From positions 47,182 to 111,181 of IMG/VR virus record IMGVR_UViG_3300021963_004241: a stretch of 64,000 nucleotides of DNA. One strand, given 5' to 3'. Below are positions 9,734 through 19,349 of this stretch, piece after piece. Made by a program: the position numbers and the translations under genes. Source of the stretch: a virus. Numbering within the stretch: position 1 is the stretch's first letter; the number at the start of each line of letters is the position of its first letter. Under the pieces are notes generated by a model, which was given only the letters and a program-made list of their open reading frames with translations, was not told the DNA's origin and searched no databases.

Positions 9734-10313
9734 TGTCTTTAACAACAACATTCTCCAAATCCCATTGCCTTGGTAACTGCCAATTGGACTTGTTGTAAAC
9801 TACGAAGTATTTATCAGGAAAACTTTCGAAGACCTTTGAGATCTGATAGACCCAATAGCTGTGGTCAATAGCGTGACTATCTGATTTAGAATAGTTTTGA
9901 GTTCCTTTATATACGTTATTGACTTTGCCGTCGATGCCGTATAAATCAAATCCGATCATTTCAACAGTACTGGGATAATCCAATGCTGCCAACAGTGCAG
10001 CATATGGTCCACTACCCCAGTGCCAGGGGTCGTCTTCTCTGTTTGTTCCAGCATACGGCAAGTTGGGAACTACTCTAACCTGTGGGAATTGTTTGTAGTT
10101 GTTTATCCAATCTGTCCTGGTATAAATTTTAGATATTTTTTTAAGACTGACTAGTGCTTCGTCAACCATTCGAGAGTCAACACAGATCAAATGATCTACA
10201 TAATGATCTCTAAAAATAGCATTGCACCCGTATTTGGTACAATGTATTAAATCTAGATTTATATTTTTTCTGCTTTCACCGTTACCAATGACGAGAGTTT
10301 TGTCTGATAGCAT
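9708..10313 (-). CDS. Hypothetical, DUF115/Maf (sialyltransferase-like) fold
   Basis: VIGNGESR, YGCNA, CVD, WGSG, IGFD motifs. Confidence 0.6.
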   Translation of the reverse strand: MLSDKTLVIGNGESRKNINLDLIHCTKYGCNAIFRDHYVDHLICVDSRMVDEALVSLKKISKIYTRTDWINNYKQFPQVRVVPNLPYAGTNREDDPWHWGSGPYAALLAALDYPSTVEMIGFDLYGIDGKVNNVYKGTQNYSKSDSHAIDHSYWVYQISKVFESFPDKYFVVYNKSNWQLPRQWDLENVVVKDIDIFNATL

Positions 10314-10333
10314 TACGCTATTTAAAAAGATTT

Positions 10334-11203
10334 TTAATTGTGATTAAAAATTTGACCGAAAGGTAACCATTGTCCTGGGCGACCTGCTTGCACACAAACC
10401 CATCCAACACATTTACCTAGATTAGGTTCAGTGTTCCACAATATATCACCTTGTGTAAAGCTGCCGTCGCTTGGAGGTTCAGTTCCGCTTAGGTGTAGGT
10501 TATTATTAAATTTAATAGAACCACCTACATGCAATTGGACTCTAGGATCTACAGAATTGACATTTACACCCAATGTACCATTTATAGACACTTTAGTTGG
10601 ACCGAAGTTTTTATTTCCAAGGTCAATGTCTCCGTTAGCCTTAACGGTAATTCTGGATGTACTGTCCGTAACGATATCGAAATCATCAGAAGCAAAGGTT
10701 CCTATTTGTGCCCTAAACTCTTCAGAAGTACCAATAATAATCTCAACACCGTGTTCAGCTACGCTAATGGCAGCATTTGGACTATCTGTTCCGATGCCCA
10801 ATCTATCCGAAGCAGCATCATAATATAAGTACTCGTTTATGATTAGATTGCCATCTACTATTAAACTTTTTAATCTTCCTACTTCTCTTAGGCTGCTAGA
10901 GCTAACACTAGGACCTAGAGAAGATTCTGACAATACAGGAACACCACCTACGCTGTAGATTTTATCTTTGGCGATATCGATGTTTTCTGTAGTAAACAAC
11001 TTATCAGAATTACCAGATAGGATCAGCTGTTTAGTGATTCCTTTACCAGACCAAATCAATCCTTTGCCAACAAGATTTCCGTCTTTGCCTGCTTTAAATT
11101 CTACAAATGGCACATTCACAAGACTTACATCTTGTGTTCTTTCTTCTAATAATTCTTTCAGTGCAGAAGTTATTGTTTCTAAATTTTTATCTAACGAGCT
11201 CAT
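10334..11203 (-). CDS. Putative tail-fibre/virion protein (paralogue B)
   Basis: RLGIGTDSPNAAISV repeat; C-terminal GDILWN...GWVC...G.PGQW.PFG. Confidence 0.7.
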   Translation of the reverse strand: MSSLDKNLETITSALKELLEERTQDVSLVNVPFVEFKAGKDGNLVGKGLIWSGKGITKQLILSGNSDKLFTTENIDIAKDKIYSVGGVPVLSESSLGPSVSSSSLREVGRLKSLIVDGNLIINEYLYYDAASDRLGIGTDSPNAAISVAEHGVEIIIGTSEEFRAQIGTFASDDFDIVTDSTSRITVKANGDIDLGNKNFGPTKVSINGTLGVNVNSVDPRVQLHVGGSIKFNNNLHLSGTEPPSDGSFTQGDILWNTEPNLGKCVGWVCVQAGRPGQWLPFGQIFNHN

Positions 11204-12330
11204 AAATTAACTATTGCTCCAAATGGTGACCAGGTTCCTGGACTACCTGATTGTGTGCATACCCAACCAACATAACCTCCTACGTGAGGATAGTTGTTCC
11301 AAACAATATCTCCTTGATCGTAGTCACCGGATGTTGGAGAATTGTTTCCGTATTCGTGTCTATGACCGTGGAACTTGATAGGACCGGCAACATGAAGATC
11401 TACGTCCGGATCTGGGACATTCACCCTAACAGCTAGTTTGCCGTGTATTCCTACTTGTATAGGAGGCATTTTGTTATTGCCTAGAGTGATGTTGCCGTTT
11501 GCGGCTATAGAAATTCTAGTAGTGTTATCAGTAACAATATCAAATGCTTGCCCGGCAAAGGTACCGACCATTCCTTTAGTATTGTTGATAGTGCCTAGCA
11601 TCACTTCGATACCATCTTCGGCTACACTGATTGCTGCGTTAGGAGCATCAACACCTAATCCTAGTCTGTTGGTAATAGAATCAAAAAATAGATATTCTGC
11701 TATTTCAACGTCGCCATCTACTTTTAATTCTCTCAGTCTGCCTAATTCTTTTAGATTACTTTTAGTTACAGAAGGTCCAAGTGTGTTTGAAGAAAGCACA
11801 CCAATACCGCCAATGGAAAATGATTTTTCTGCTGCTAGATCAAAATGTTCTGTACTAAACAGCCTATCAGGATTTCCTGACATTACCAATTGCTTAGTAA
11901 TTCCCCAACCAGTCCAAAGCAACCCTTTTCCGTATGGGCTGTCACCTTTGATCGCTTTAAATTCTAATGGAGATGTCTTTTCTAATTTGAGATCAGCTTT
12001 GATTTCTCCAACCTCCAATACTGCTGCTTTTATCGTTCCCGTTACAGTGAGATCGCCTTCTGTAGTCACGGGACCTTGCAGTACTGAAGTGGTTATTTTG
12101 TTTGTTACTATGCCGTCGTCGTTAACTTGTAAAACTAGATCTTTAGCACTATCTTTGATTCCTGTGCTGGCAAAATTTACGATTTTCCCGCCAGAGATAT
12201 GATCACCGGTAAGCCCTCTTTTCGGCATAGCTAATACCAGTTGTGTTGGATCTAGAGCGGCTTTATCTGCTATGTTATTGAGATGTTTTCCGAGATCTTG
12301 AAGGATAGAATCAATAGTTTGTTTGGTCAT
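11200..12330 (-). CDS. Putative tail-fibre/virion protein (paralogue A)
   Basis: Collinear similarity to 10334-11203; ATG 12330 follows a TAAATA box. Confidence 0.7.
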   Translation of the reverse strand: MTKQTIDSILQDLGKHLNNIADKAALDPTQLVLAMPKRGLTGDHISGGKIVNFASTGIKDSAKDLVLQVNDDGIVTNKITTSVLQGPVTTEGDLTVTGTIKAAVLEVGEIKADLKLEKTSPLEFKAIKGDSPYGKGLLWTGWGITKQLVMSGNPDRLFSTEHFDLAAEKSFSIGGIGVLSSNTLGPSVTKSNLKELGRLRELKVDGDVEIAEYLFFDSITNRLGLGVDAPNAAISVAEDGIEVMLGTINNTKGMVGTFAGQAFDIVTDNTTRISIAANGNITLGNNKMPPIQVGIHGKLAVRVNVPDPDVDLHVAGPIKFHGHRHEYGNNSPTSGDYDQGDIVWNNYPHVGGYVGWVCTQSGSPGTWSPFGAIVNL

Positions 12331-12352
12331 AGTACTGTATTTATCAGCCAAT

Positions 12353-12375
12353 AAAAAAGCGGGCCGGAGCCCGCT
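12353..12375 (-). terminator. Rho-independent terminator
   Basis: AGCGGGC-TCCG-GCCCGCT followed by a T run. Confidence 0.85.
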
Positions 12376-12396
12376 GGTTACTGAGTAATTACTTTG

Positions 12397-13566
12397 TTAT
12401 TGTATTTTTAACAGCACAGTTTCTTCGTTAATACGACCATTCATTTTAGTATCAACAGCATTGATATCTTCAAGGAATTTTCGTAGTGCTACTTTACCAG
12501 CAGATTTAAACTCTTTGAGTTTCTCTTCAGGCTTACGCAGGGTCTTTTGAACGCTGAGATTTTCGCTAAATCCTGTGATGCTGGTTCCTTTAATACCCAA
12601 TTCCATGTATTCATTGGCAACATATTTGCCTAATTTGCGTGTTTTAGTATTGTAAACCCACAGCTCTTTAGAACCAATAATGTCAGCAGGATTAATCGAT
12701 ACTAGTTTCAGCGGCTCAAAAGTTTTAGCATATTTCACTTTAGCTACAAGTTTATCTTTGCTCACGGTCTTTTTGGCACGTGGCTTGCGATTAACTTTAG
12801 CTTCCTGCATCAGCATATTGCAGGCACTAAGAATTTCGTTATAGAAAGAGACGATCTTCTTAACATCTGCTTTGCTAAGGTGTCTATAAGCTTCTTTAAG
12901 CTGCTCGCACTTGCCTTCTTGTAGTTCGACATACTCGTCGTGTTGACGTTGATAAAAGTCACGAATAATTCGAGCGTGTGCAGCCTTGGCGTCTTTGCCT
13001 TTAAGGAGATTAAGAACTTTAAATGCTTTTGGATCGAAGGTTGCAGGATCTTCAGCAAACAGCTCTAGGGCATCTTCAATTTCTTCTGCCATTTTATAGC
13101 TGGCTTCTCTTACACGTTCCTGGATACTGATCTGCGGAACAGCTGATACTGGTTCTGCAGTTTCTTCATCTTCAGCATCATCGCGACCTTCATTAATGAC
13201 ATTCTGGATAGCATTACGTAACCAGGTATCAGTATTACGACCCTCATTGAAATCAGGACGAAGGTCGGGCATTCCTTTAAGAAGATTGGCTGCTACGGCA
13301 CCCATTGTAAGTCCACAACGATTATCTTTAGTTTTCTTAAAAGCAGAAATCTGATCTTTAGTATAACCGTTACGACCCATCCAATCAATAACTTTTGGTT
13401 TTAATTCTTTACCGCTTTTTTCAAGACGATACCATTCCATTGATCGGCGGAAGTGTTTAGAGAATTCGTCAGCTGACCAGGTTTCGTGACCATCCCACTT
13501 TGGGCTGAGATCACGTCCTTTGTTTTCACGAACAGCGATAGACAACTTCTTTGTTTTGGTTACCAA
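12397..13566 (-). CDS. Hypothetical phage protein (389 aa)
   Basis: Long ORF with GGAG RBS, own promoter and terminator. Confidence 0.8.
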   Translation of the reverse strand: MVTKTKKLSIAVRENKGRDLSPKWDGHETWSADEFSKHFRRSMEWYRLEKSGKELKPKVIDWMGRNGYTKDQISAFKKTKDNRCGLTMGAVAANLLKGMPDLRPDFNEGRNTDTWLRNAIQNVINEGRDDAEDEETAEPVSAVPQISIQERVREASYKMAEEIEDALELFAEDPATFDPKAFKVLNLLKGKDAKAAHARIIRDFYQRQHDEYVELQEGKCEQLKEAYRHLSKADVKKIVSFYNEILSACNMLMQEAKVNRKPRAKKTVSKDKLVAKVKYAKTFEPLKLVSINPADIIGSKELWVYNTKTRKLGKYVANEYMELGIKGTSITGFSENLSVQKTLRKPEEKLKEFKSAGKVALRKFLEDINAVDTKMNGRINEETVLLKIQ

Positions 13567-13604
13567 TTTAGGCTCCTGTTGTTAAGTTAAACAAAATAAT
13601 ACTT

Positions 13605-13633
13605 AGTGTAACTTCGAAAAAACATTCTGTCAA
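13605..13633 (-). promoter_or_regulatory. sigma70 promoter
   Basis: TTGACA-17-TACACT. Confidence 0.7.
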
Positions 13634-13824
13634 TCAAGTACGAATCTCTGGAATTCTTCCAAATCACCATCTTCGGTTTCGCGATAGATCACTGTTTCTG
13701 TAAAGCCTTCGTCTAATGTTCTTTCGGCTAGTTCCATCGCTTCTTTTTGACTTTTAGTTGTTTCGATTAACTGTTCGTGTCCTGCCTCGTCAACGGCCCA
13801 GACCTCATAGAGTTCCCAGGTCAT
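13630..13824 (-). CDS. Small acidic hypothetical protein
   Basis: ORF in a co-oriented string. Confidence 0.7.
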   Translation of the reverse strand: MTWELYEVWAVDEAGHEQLIETTKSQKEAMELAERTLDEGFTETVIYRETEDGDLEEFQRFVLD

Positions 13825-13847
13825 TTTATCTCACTTATCTCCTTGAA

Positions 13848-14444
13848 TTAAACAAATTTTTTCCAATCTCCATCGGGCGCCACTGCCCAACCAAGACGTT
13901 GGAGATCATTCCGGATCTCGTCGGTTATACAGCCTTCCGGCACGTATCTGTCAACAACAGCCTTTCTGGCTAATTGTTCTTCGGTAAATTCTTCGTTTTC
14001 TTTAGCAGGTGAATAGATTCCGATATCCCTTATACCTGAACAGTACCAATCTATGTAATCACCTTTTTGTTGCATGTCGGCAACGATGCCTCCGGCATAA
14101 CGCCAAGAGGCGCTCCAAAAATCTTTCTCTGGATCTTGCCTAAGAATCGGAACGACTTCCATTTTGATAAAGTCATTATTGCACATTGCCGCATATAAGT
14201 TTTGGGCATAGGCATCATCAGCACGAGCTTTTTCCAGGATCCAATCGGTGGTTAGGAGATCGTATTCCATGTTGTCGATTCTGCTTTGGGGATCTTCAAA
14301 TTTACGATCGTGATCGTCGAGGACCTTTTCAAAATAATCTAGGTATGCTTCGCTGGGAGGTTCACCTTTTTCCTCCATTCTTTTAACATACCCTTCTTTT
14401 TGAAAGGAGTGCCGCTGTGGGCTCTTAGACACAGTCTTGTTCAT
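13848..14444 (-). CDS. Hypothetical phage protein
   Basis: ORF in operon; YAQNLYAAMCNN / WYCSG motifs. Confidence 0.75.
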   Translation of the reverse strand: MNKTVSKSPQRHSFQKEGYVKRMEEKGEPPSEAYLDYFEKVLDDHDRKFEDPQSRIDNMEYDLLTTDWILEKARADDAYAQNLYAAMCNNDFIKMEVVPILRQDPEKDFWSASWRYAGGIVADMQQKGDYIDWYCSGIRDIGIYSPAKENEEFTEEQLARKAVVDRYVPEGCITDEIRNDLQRLGWAVAPDGDWKKFV

Positions 14445-14814
14445 TTGCTTCTTTTACAGCTTGTATATTTTCTTTTTTAGAAAGTCTTTTATTACGGAAT
14501 TCTTTAACATCTTTAATAGATGATTTTAAAGTTTCTGCATAGTTCAATGCAGTCTGTTCGGACATAGTAAGAACTGTTTCCTGTTGTAGATAACCTTTAG
14601 TAAGTAAAGTCCAAATCTGTTTAAATCGATTCATTGACCACCAAGGACTTTTTACAGTTGAATAGATCGTTACAGTAACACCTACATCTTCAGCCTCTAT
14701 CCAAAGATCGTGAGTATGCCAATCTGCACCACAGTCACAGACTACGTGATACATTTTTGAATCACCCCATTCGTTCTTTTTAAGAATACCTTCCGCAGGT
14801 GTTTGTAATTTCAT
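14425..14814 (-). CDS. Hypothetical protein
   Basis: Coupled by an ATGA overlap. Confidence 0.7.
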   Translation of the reverse strand: MKLQTPAEGILKKNEWGDSKMYHVVCDCGADWHTHDLWIEAEDVGVTVTIYSTVKSPWWSMNRFKQIWTLLTKGYLQQETVLTMSEQTALNYAETLKSSIKDVKEFRNKRLSKKENIQAVKEANEQDCV

Positions 14815-15086
14815 TGCAGTTTCCTATTCCGTGGCATACCCATGGATTCTAATTCGTTTAATTCTTCTTCGTCAAAAAAATGTTCAGCTAACTGTGCAAG
14901 AATTTCAGGGGGGAGATCATCCGGATCAACCATCCTACCAGAAGATTTAATTTCTTCGTGTGTTTTTCCTTCGAACATTTTTTGAATATCTTTAACAAGC
15001 TCGTTGAGTTCTTCTTGGGTTCCCTCGAAGTGATCGAAGCAACCGGGTGCAAATACAACCTTGGTTTCTTTCTTTTCATCAGTCAT
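14811..15086 (-). CDS. Hypothetical acidic protein
   Basis: Coupled ORF. Confidence 0.7.
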   Translation of the reverse strand: MTDEKKETKVVFAPGCFDHFEGTQEELNELVKDIQKMFEGKTHEEIKSSGRMVDPDDLPPEILAQLAEHFFDEEELNELESMGMPRNRKLQ

Positions 15087-15253
15087 TGTAATGCTTTCTT
15101 AAATTGGTGTTTAAGCCAATACTTGTGTTTGGCCCAATACTCTTTTATTTTATATGGGGATTCGCCATATGTCAAATGTTCTTCGGAGTTTTCTATCCAA
15201 AGTTGATAAACCCACGCCCGGAATCTACTAGGAGTTTTTGGAGTTAAGTCCAT
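15083..15253 (-). CDS. Small hypothetical protein (56 aa, MDLTPKTPSRFRAWVYQLW...)
   Basis: Read by eye; fills the gap and overlaps both neighbours. Confidence 0.6.
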   Translation of the reverse strand: MDLTPKTPSRFRAWVYQLWIENSEEHLTYGESPYKIKEYWAKHKYWLKHQFKKALQ

Positions 15254-16053
15254 AACGATTCGCGAATTTTAATAAGACGGATCATCATTTCTTCATCTTC
15301 TTTATTGTATGCTTCTTCAAGCTCTCTGGTTTTATTAAGGGCAGTATTACACATTTCTGCCATTTCGGGAGTTTTATCTTCCATATCTAAAAGATGATAA
15401 CCTTTTTCGCGGCGAAGATTACAGTAAGCAGTCCAACCGCTAGCGTCGTGAACATCTGGACGATTTGGATAAATTTCTTTCCACCAGGTATAGAGCTCTA
15501 AGATTTCTTTAGCAGCTTTGGCTTGATATGTAGGTTCTTCCTGTTCGCCTTCTTGGATGAACTCTTTGTTAGTTAGAGTCTTTGCCCAATTTAGATAAGC
15601 AATGCCAGCTTCTGGACACCGCCAGTTTCGATACCAACGACGCCACCAGGGATAGCTGTGCTTTTTACGGGCTTCTTCGTCCCATACACAGTGATGCCAC
15701 GCCTGTTCTATCTCGACGAAATCCACAAGCTCGTTAAAAAGACAGGGAAGAAAACGATTTCCCACATCACGCCATTCGCCAGGCTTAATGTCCCTAGGAT
15801 GGGCAGTAAGAGCATGAGTACGGGTAATCCAACGATTGTTAATATAGTAGCGAACATCATTAATCCTATCAGGAATGAACATCCAAACGTCTTGGATGTA
15901 GTCGAGACCTTCTTCAGCTAACCACCAACGGAAAGGATATCTGGCTTTGGCAGCTTTCTCCCACTCAGCCCATTCTTTTCCGGTGCCACACTTTAGTTTT
16001 GTGGTCCCGCGGATCCAGTCTGCAAATTTTGAACAAGTCCAGTAATTTCTCAT
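15244..16053 (-). CDS. Trp-rich hypothetical protein
   Basis: 269-aa ORF directly after a consensus promoter. Confidence 0.8.
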   Translation of the reverse strand: MRNYWTCSKFADWIRGTTKLKCGTGKEWAEWEKAAKARYPFRWWLAEEGLDYIQDVWMFIPDRINDVRYYINNRWITRTHALTAHPRDIKPGEWRDVGNRFLPCLFNELVDFVEIEQAWHHCVWDEEARKKHSYPWWRRWYRNWRCPEAGIAYLNWAKTLTNKEFIQEGEQEEPTYQAKAAKEILELYTWWKEIYPNRPDVHDASGWTAYCNLRREKGYHLLDMEDKTPEMAEMCNTALNKTRELEEAYNKEDEEMMIRLIKIRESLWT

Positions 16054-16062
16054 AGTAAAGTA

Positions 16063-16091
16063 ATTATAAGATATTTTTTAAAACCTGTCAA
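16063..16091 (-). promoter_or_regulatory. Consensus sigma70 promoter
   Basis: TTGACA-17-TATAAT. Confidence 0.85.
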
Positions 16092-16108
16092 TACTTATGA
16101 ATTTTGAT

Positions 16109-16492
16109 TCAAAATTTTCTTTGATATCCGGCTAGATTAAGCATTACAGAATATTGTTCGTAGGCTTTTTGTACAGCAGGATTGGTATTACGATAGTGTG
16201 CTTCTTCTCTTTCTTTGTCCATTAAAGTTTGGAACATATCGACCTCACCCTGACTGTGCCGTTGCCATCTAAAGAATCTGCGCTCCATTTCTATAAGAGT
16301 GCGTAGTCTACCTTCTGGTATTTCTAAAGTAATGACTTTTTCAGTTTCGTATTCTACAATGTCATTTCGGATGATGTCAGCACGTTCTGGTTCTGTAAAG
16401 AATCTGGGAGGGTGATATCGTGCCCTGCGTTTTTGGTCGTTCAGGACACGAACCTCGTAATTTTGACAGAAATCTTTTAATTCTTCAGTCAT
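16109..16492 (-). CDS. Hypothetical protein
   Basis: Coupled to thyX. Confidence 0.7.
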   Translation of the reverse strand: MTEELKDFCQNYEVRVLNDQKRRARYHPPRFFTEPERADIIRNDIVEYETEKVITLEIPEGRLRTLIEMERRFFRWQRHSQGEVDMFQTLMDKEREEAHYRNTNPAVQKAYEQYSVMLNLAGYQRKF

Positions 16493-17168
16493 TGCTGATT
16501 AAACTCTCGCTCATAGGAAATATAGCAGCGATAGCTTTGGCGCAGGCAAGAGCAACTAATTGATGCTCTTTTTGTGTACCGTTTCCAGAACGCAGTTCAA
16601 TAAAATGAACCCAACTACGTAAGGTACCATTCATGTATAGACGACTCACAGTTAATCCCTCTGGCAGCACCGCACGGGCTTGTTCTTTAGCTATGCCCTT
16701 AGATATAGCCCATTCGTATGTTTCCTTGGCGACTCTGATGAGTTCGAGTTGTCTATCTCTCCATTCATCTTGTATGATTGCATGGCCAAGTGTGCCGTCC
16801 AGAGGGACACTGTTCTGTCTATTTTTTGGATCTTGTAATCTTGCTTCTCTAATAGTAAACGAGAGGTCTCGAGTAGGGTCAGCATATCGTTGGCTGAACT
16901 CTTGGAATGAGAAACTTCTGTGTCGCAAGATTTGTCTTGCGATGTCTCTTGTGGTTTCGATTTCAACGCAGGCTGAGACCATTTCAAGTGGACTCCAGTG
17001 TGCGTGTTTGACCAGGTATCTGATGAGTTTTTCACTTGTCTCTGTATTGAGCTGGTTTGAGGGATTGCTGACACGGGCGCAATACGCAATGAGTTCCTGC
17101 GCATCGTCGATGCCCAAGTTTGCAAATTCCTCTGTTGGTTGTGAATAGGAGACCAATCGTACATTCAT
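16485..17168 (-). CDS. thyX: Flavin-dependent thymidylate synthase
   Basis: RHRSFSFQEFSQRY signature; AKEQARAVLP; TQKEH. Confidence 0.96.
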   Translation of the reverse strand: MNVRLVSYSQPTEEFANLGIDDAQELIAYCARVSNPSNQLNTETSEKLIRYLVKHAHWSPLEMVSACVEIETTRDIARQILRHRSFSFQEFSQRYADPTRDLSFTIREARLQDPKNRQNSVPLDGTLGHAIIQDEWRDRQLELIRVAKETYEWAISKGIAKEQARAVLPEGLTVSRLYMNGTLRSWVHFIELRSGNGTQKEHQLVALACAKAIAAIFPMSESLISND

Positions 17169-17636
17169 TTATTTGTCTTTCTTATCAGGGAAGCACAATG
17201 CTTCCATCGTTTTGTAATGTTCGTATGCTTTCTTAAGTGCTTCGAACTGTTCTAATTTTTCTGGATCGGGAACAAGTATTGACAATCTCTGTTCCATTTG
17301 TTCCATAAATTTTGTTAAACTTCTTTCGCCTATTTTTATATCACCGTCCTTGATTTCCATTCCGCCTTGGGTAATTACAACGTTTGCATTATTATTGATA
17401 CCAAGACCGCTATTTGACCAGGTGTATCCATTACTGCCAGCGATAGTATAATTTCCGCCGGTAAAAGAAGTAGTTGAAGAAGTAGGTATAGTTATCGATG
17501 TTGCCATGTTGTTCCATAAAGGATCTATGGTAATAGTGTCTATGCCGGAACTGCTTAATGTATAACTTTCTCCTGTATAGACACTGTTACCAAGATCGAT
17601 AACAATGTCATTGTCTTCGATCTTATCATCGCTCAT
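17169..17636 (-). CDS. Hypothetical protein (Ser/Thr-rich N-terminus, helical C-terminus)
   Basis: ORF in operon. Confidence 0.7.
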   Translation of the reverse strand: MSDDKIEDNDIVIDLGNSVYTGESYTLSSSGIDTITIDPLWNNMATSITIPTSSTTSFTGGNYTIAGSNGYTWSNSGLGINNNANVVITQGGMEIKDGDIKIGERSLTKFMEQMEQRLSILVPDPEKLEQFEALKKAYEHYKTMEALCFPDKKDK

Positions 17637-17637
17637 T

Positions 17638-17832
17638 TTACGCAGCCTTGGCTTCTTTGCGAGCGTTCTTTTCTTCTGTAATTTCTGTTCTACGAGCTTT
17701 AACTAATTTTGCAACTTCCTGTAATGCTTTACGAGCACGAGTACCTGCTGCACCATTACCACTTGAAAATTTTGCATCTTCTGCTAAGAATGCTTCGAAA
17801 TGAGATTTTAATTGTTCTACTGTATTTGACAT
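17638..17832 (-). CDS. Hc1-like histone-like DNA-binding protein
   Basis: F..GN.AAGTRARKAL motif. Confidence 0.75.
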   Translation of the reverse strand: MSNTVEQLKSHFEAFLAEDAKFSSGNGAAGTRARKALQEVAKLVKARRTEITEEKNARKEAKAA

Positions 17833-17871
17833 AATTTTTCCTTATATATGTTCTCTACTTATTATAGAGAA

Positions 17872-17982
17872 TGGTGTGGTCGGTAGGATTTGAACCTACA
17901 AAGGCGGCGACTACGTCTGTGCCCCATCCCAAGTGCGTTATCACAACGGACCGGAGGTATACCATATTCCACTCACGACCAC
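17872..17982 (-). ncRNA. Aberrant 111-nt tRNA-like RNA
   Basis: GTGGTCG/CGACCAC-A-CCA acceptor, Leu-like D loop, GTAGG-TTCAAAT-CCTAC T arm, enlarged non-canonical anticodon region; own promoter. Confidence 0.75.
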
Positions 17983-17988
17983 ATTGTA

Positions 17989-18016
17989 ATTATATATTAA
18001 TAAACTAAAAAGTCAA
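17989..18016 (-). promoter_or_regulatory. sigma70 promoter for the tRNA-like RNA
   Basis: TTGACT-16-TATAAT. Confidence 0.7.
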
Positions 18017-18042
18017 AAAAATAGGGCACCAAAGTGCCCTAT
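18015..18042 (-). terminator. Rho-independent terminator
   Basis: ATAGGGCAC-TTTG-GTGCCCTAT followed by a T run. Confidence 0.85.
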
Positions 18043-18266
18043 TATTGTCCCATTCTATCGGGATTGACCATCCAACCTAATTCAGAATTTCTAGTTTGAA
18101 GACGTTCAATTTCATTGGCAGCTTCTTCTAAAAGATCTGATATTCGATCTGGTTTACCTTCTTGAACTGATTTTCGATCTTGATTCTGTCGTCTAATCTC
18201 TGCCCGCTTACGAAGGCGGAAAACTAAACTTTGTTCACTGACCGGTAAATGACTTTCATCTTTCAT
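18042..18266 (-). CDS. Hypothetical protein
   Basis: ATG overlaps the ligase stop. Confidence 0.7.
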   Translation of the reverse strand: MKDESHLPVSEQSLVFRLRKRAEIRRQNQDRKSVQEGKPDRISDLLEEAANEIERLQTRNSELGWMVNPDRMGQ

Positions 18267-19162
18267 GCTAATTGTTCCCTTACCCAAGCCAGACGAGATT
18301 GCTCGTCCATTGCTGTATATTCTACTATATTAGCACGTATGGCGTCAACTAGAGGATAGTATTCTTCGTCTAGATTGTGCTTGATGTCTTTCTTCAAATC
18401 TACTAACTTGTCTGTGCGTGGATTGCGAGCAACCCACTTCGAAGTCAAGTAGTAAGGTGACTTGATCTTAGCACTAATACCTTCGTCTGTGTAGAATACA
18501 TAACCTTCGTGCCTGCACTCCTTGGCCATTTGTTCTAGACGTTCCATTGACGTTGTTACGCTTTCTGGAACGAAACAGTTGAACATACGACTCAGGTCTT
18601 GCAGTACAAAAGGATCGTGACCTACTCGACTACCCCATTCGTTTTCACGATATCCTAGCACATACATACCTGACGATTCTGGAATAATATGTGGATCCAA
18701 CGGATGTACACATTCAAACATAACAGTAAGGCCTTGCATGTCGGCAGTAGAAAACGCCAATTGCCAATCTGGCCAGGACATATGTTGCAGCATTCTATCT
18801 TTGGCCATGGTAACAAAGTCGCTGTCAGTGCTGCCAGTAGTAGACACTAATACGTCTCCATTGTACCAAGTGCAGACAACCATAAAGCCGTTAACCTTTC
18901 GGAATGCTGTAACCTTAGTATCTGGAGCAAGCACTGGTGCTTCCTTTTCGATACCATAGTTATAGATCTTTGTAAATGGATAAGCAACCAAGTTGAAATC
19001 CTTGTCCACAATGGATCCACGGCATTCGGCAATGTATTCGTTCCATAAGTTATCGTAGAAAACTTTTTTCTTGTACTTTAGGACATAAATGCCATCTCCG
19101 GCAGACTTCATGTTTACCAGTCCGGATTCAGCAACATACTTTTTTAATTCATCTTTAAACAT
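18263..19162 (-). CDS. RNA ligase, T4 Rnl1-like
   Basis: ECRG, PFTKIYN, KVNG (motif I), MFE, EGYV, KIKS. Confidence 0.85.
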   Translation of the reverse strand: MFKDELKKYVAESGLVNMKSAGDGIYVLKYKKKVFYDNLWNEYIAECRGSIVDKDFNLVAYPFTKIYNYGIEKEAPVLAPDTKVTAFRKVNGFMVVCTWYNGDVLVSTTGSTDSDFVTMAKDRMLQHMSWPDWQLAFSTADMQGLTVMFECVHPLDPHIIPESSGMYVLGYRENEWGSRVGHDPFVLQDLSRMFNCFVPESVTTSMERLEQMAKECRHEGYVFYTDEGISAKIKSPYYLTSKWVARNPRTDKLVDLKKDIKHNLDEEYYPLVDAIRANIVEYTAMDEQSRLAWVREQLA

Positions 19163-19349
19163 TTCCTAGTCCAATCCTTGAATAACCAAGTTTACTTCGT
19201 GTTTCTCTGCGAGTCTCTCGTCGCTCGGCGAAACGTTTTACACCAGCCAAATAACCAGCGAGATAACTTTCCCAGTCCAGCTTGTTAGACTCTTTATCGT
19301 AATCACGTCGCACACGTTCAATAAACTCAGGGGTCATTAAACTCTCCAA
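19155..19349 (-). CDS. Hypothetical protein
   Basis: Coupled ORF. Confidence 0.6.
   Translation of the reverse strand: MESLMTPEFIERVRRDYDKESNKLDWESYLAGYLAGVKRFAERRETRRETRSKLGYSRIGLGNV

Noticed and set aside
10431-12202. Plus-strand ORFs up to 254 aa
   Set aside because: They are antisense to the fibre-like paralogues, with no RBS or motifs.
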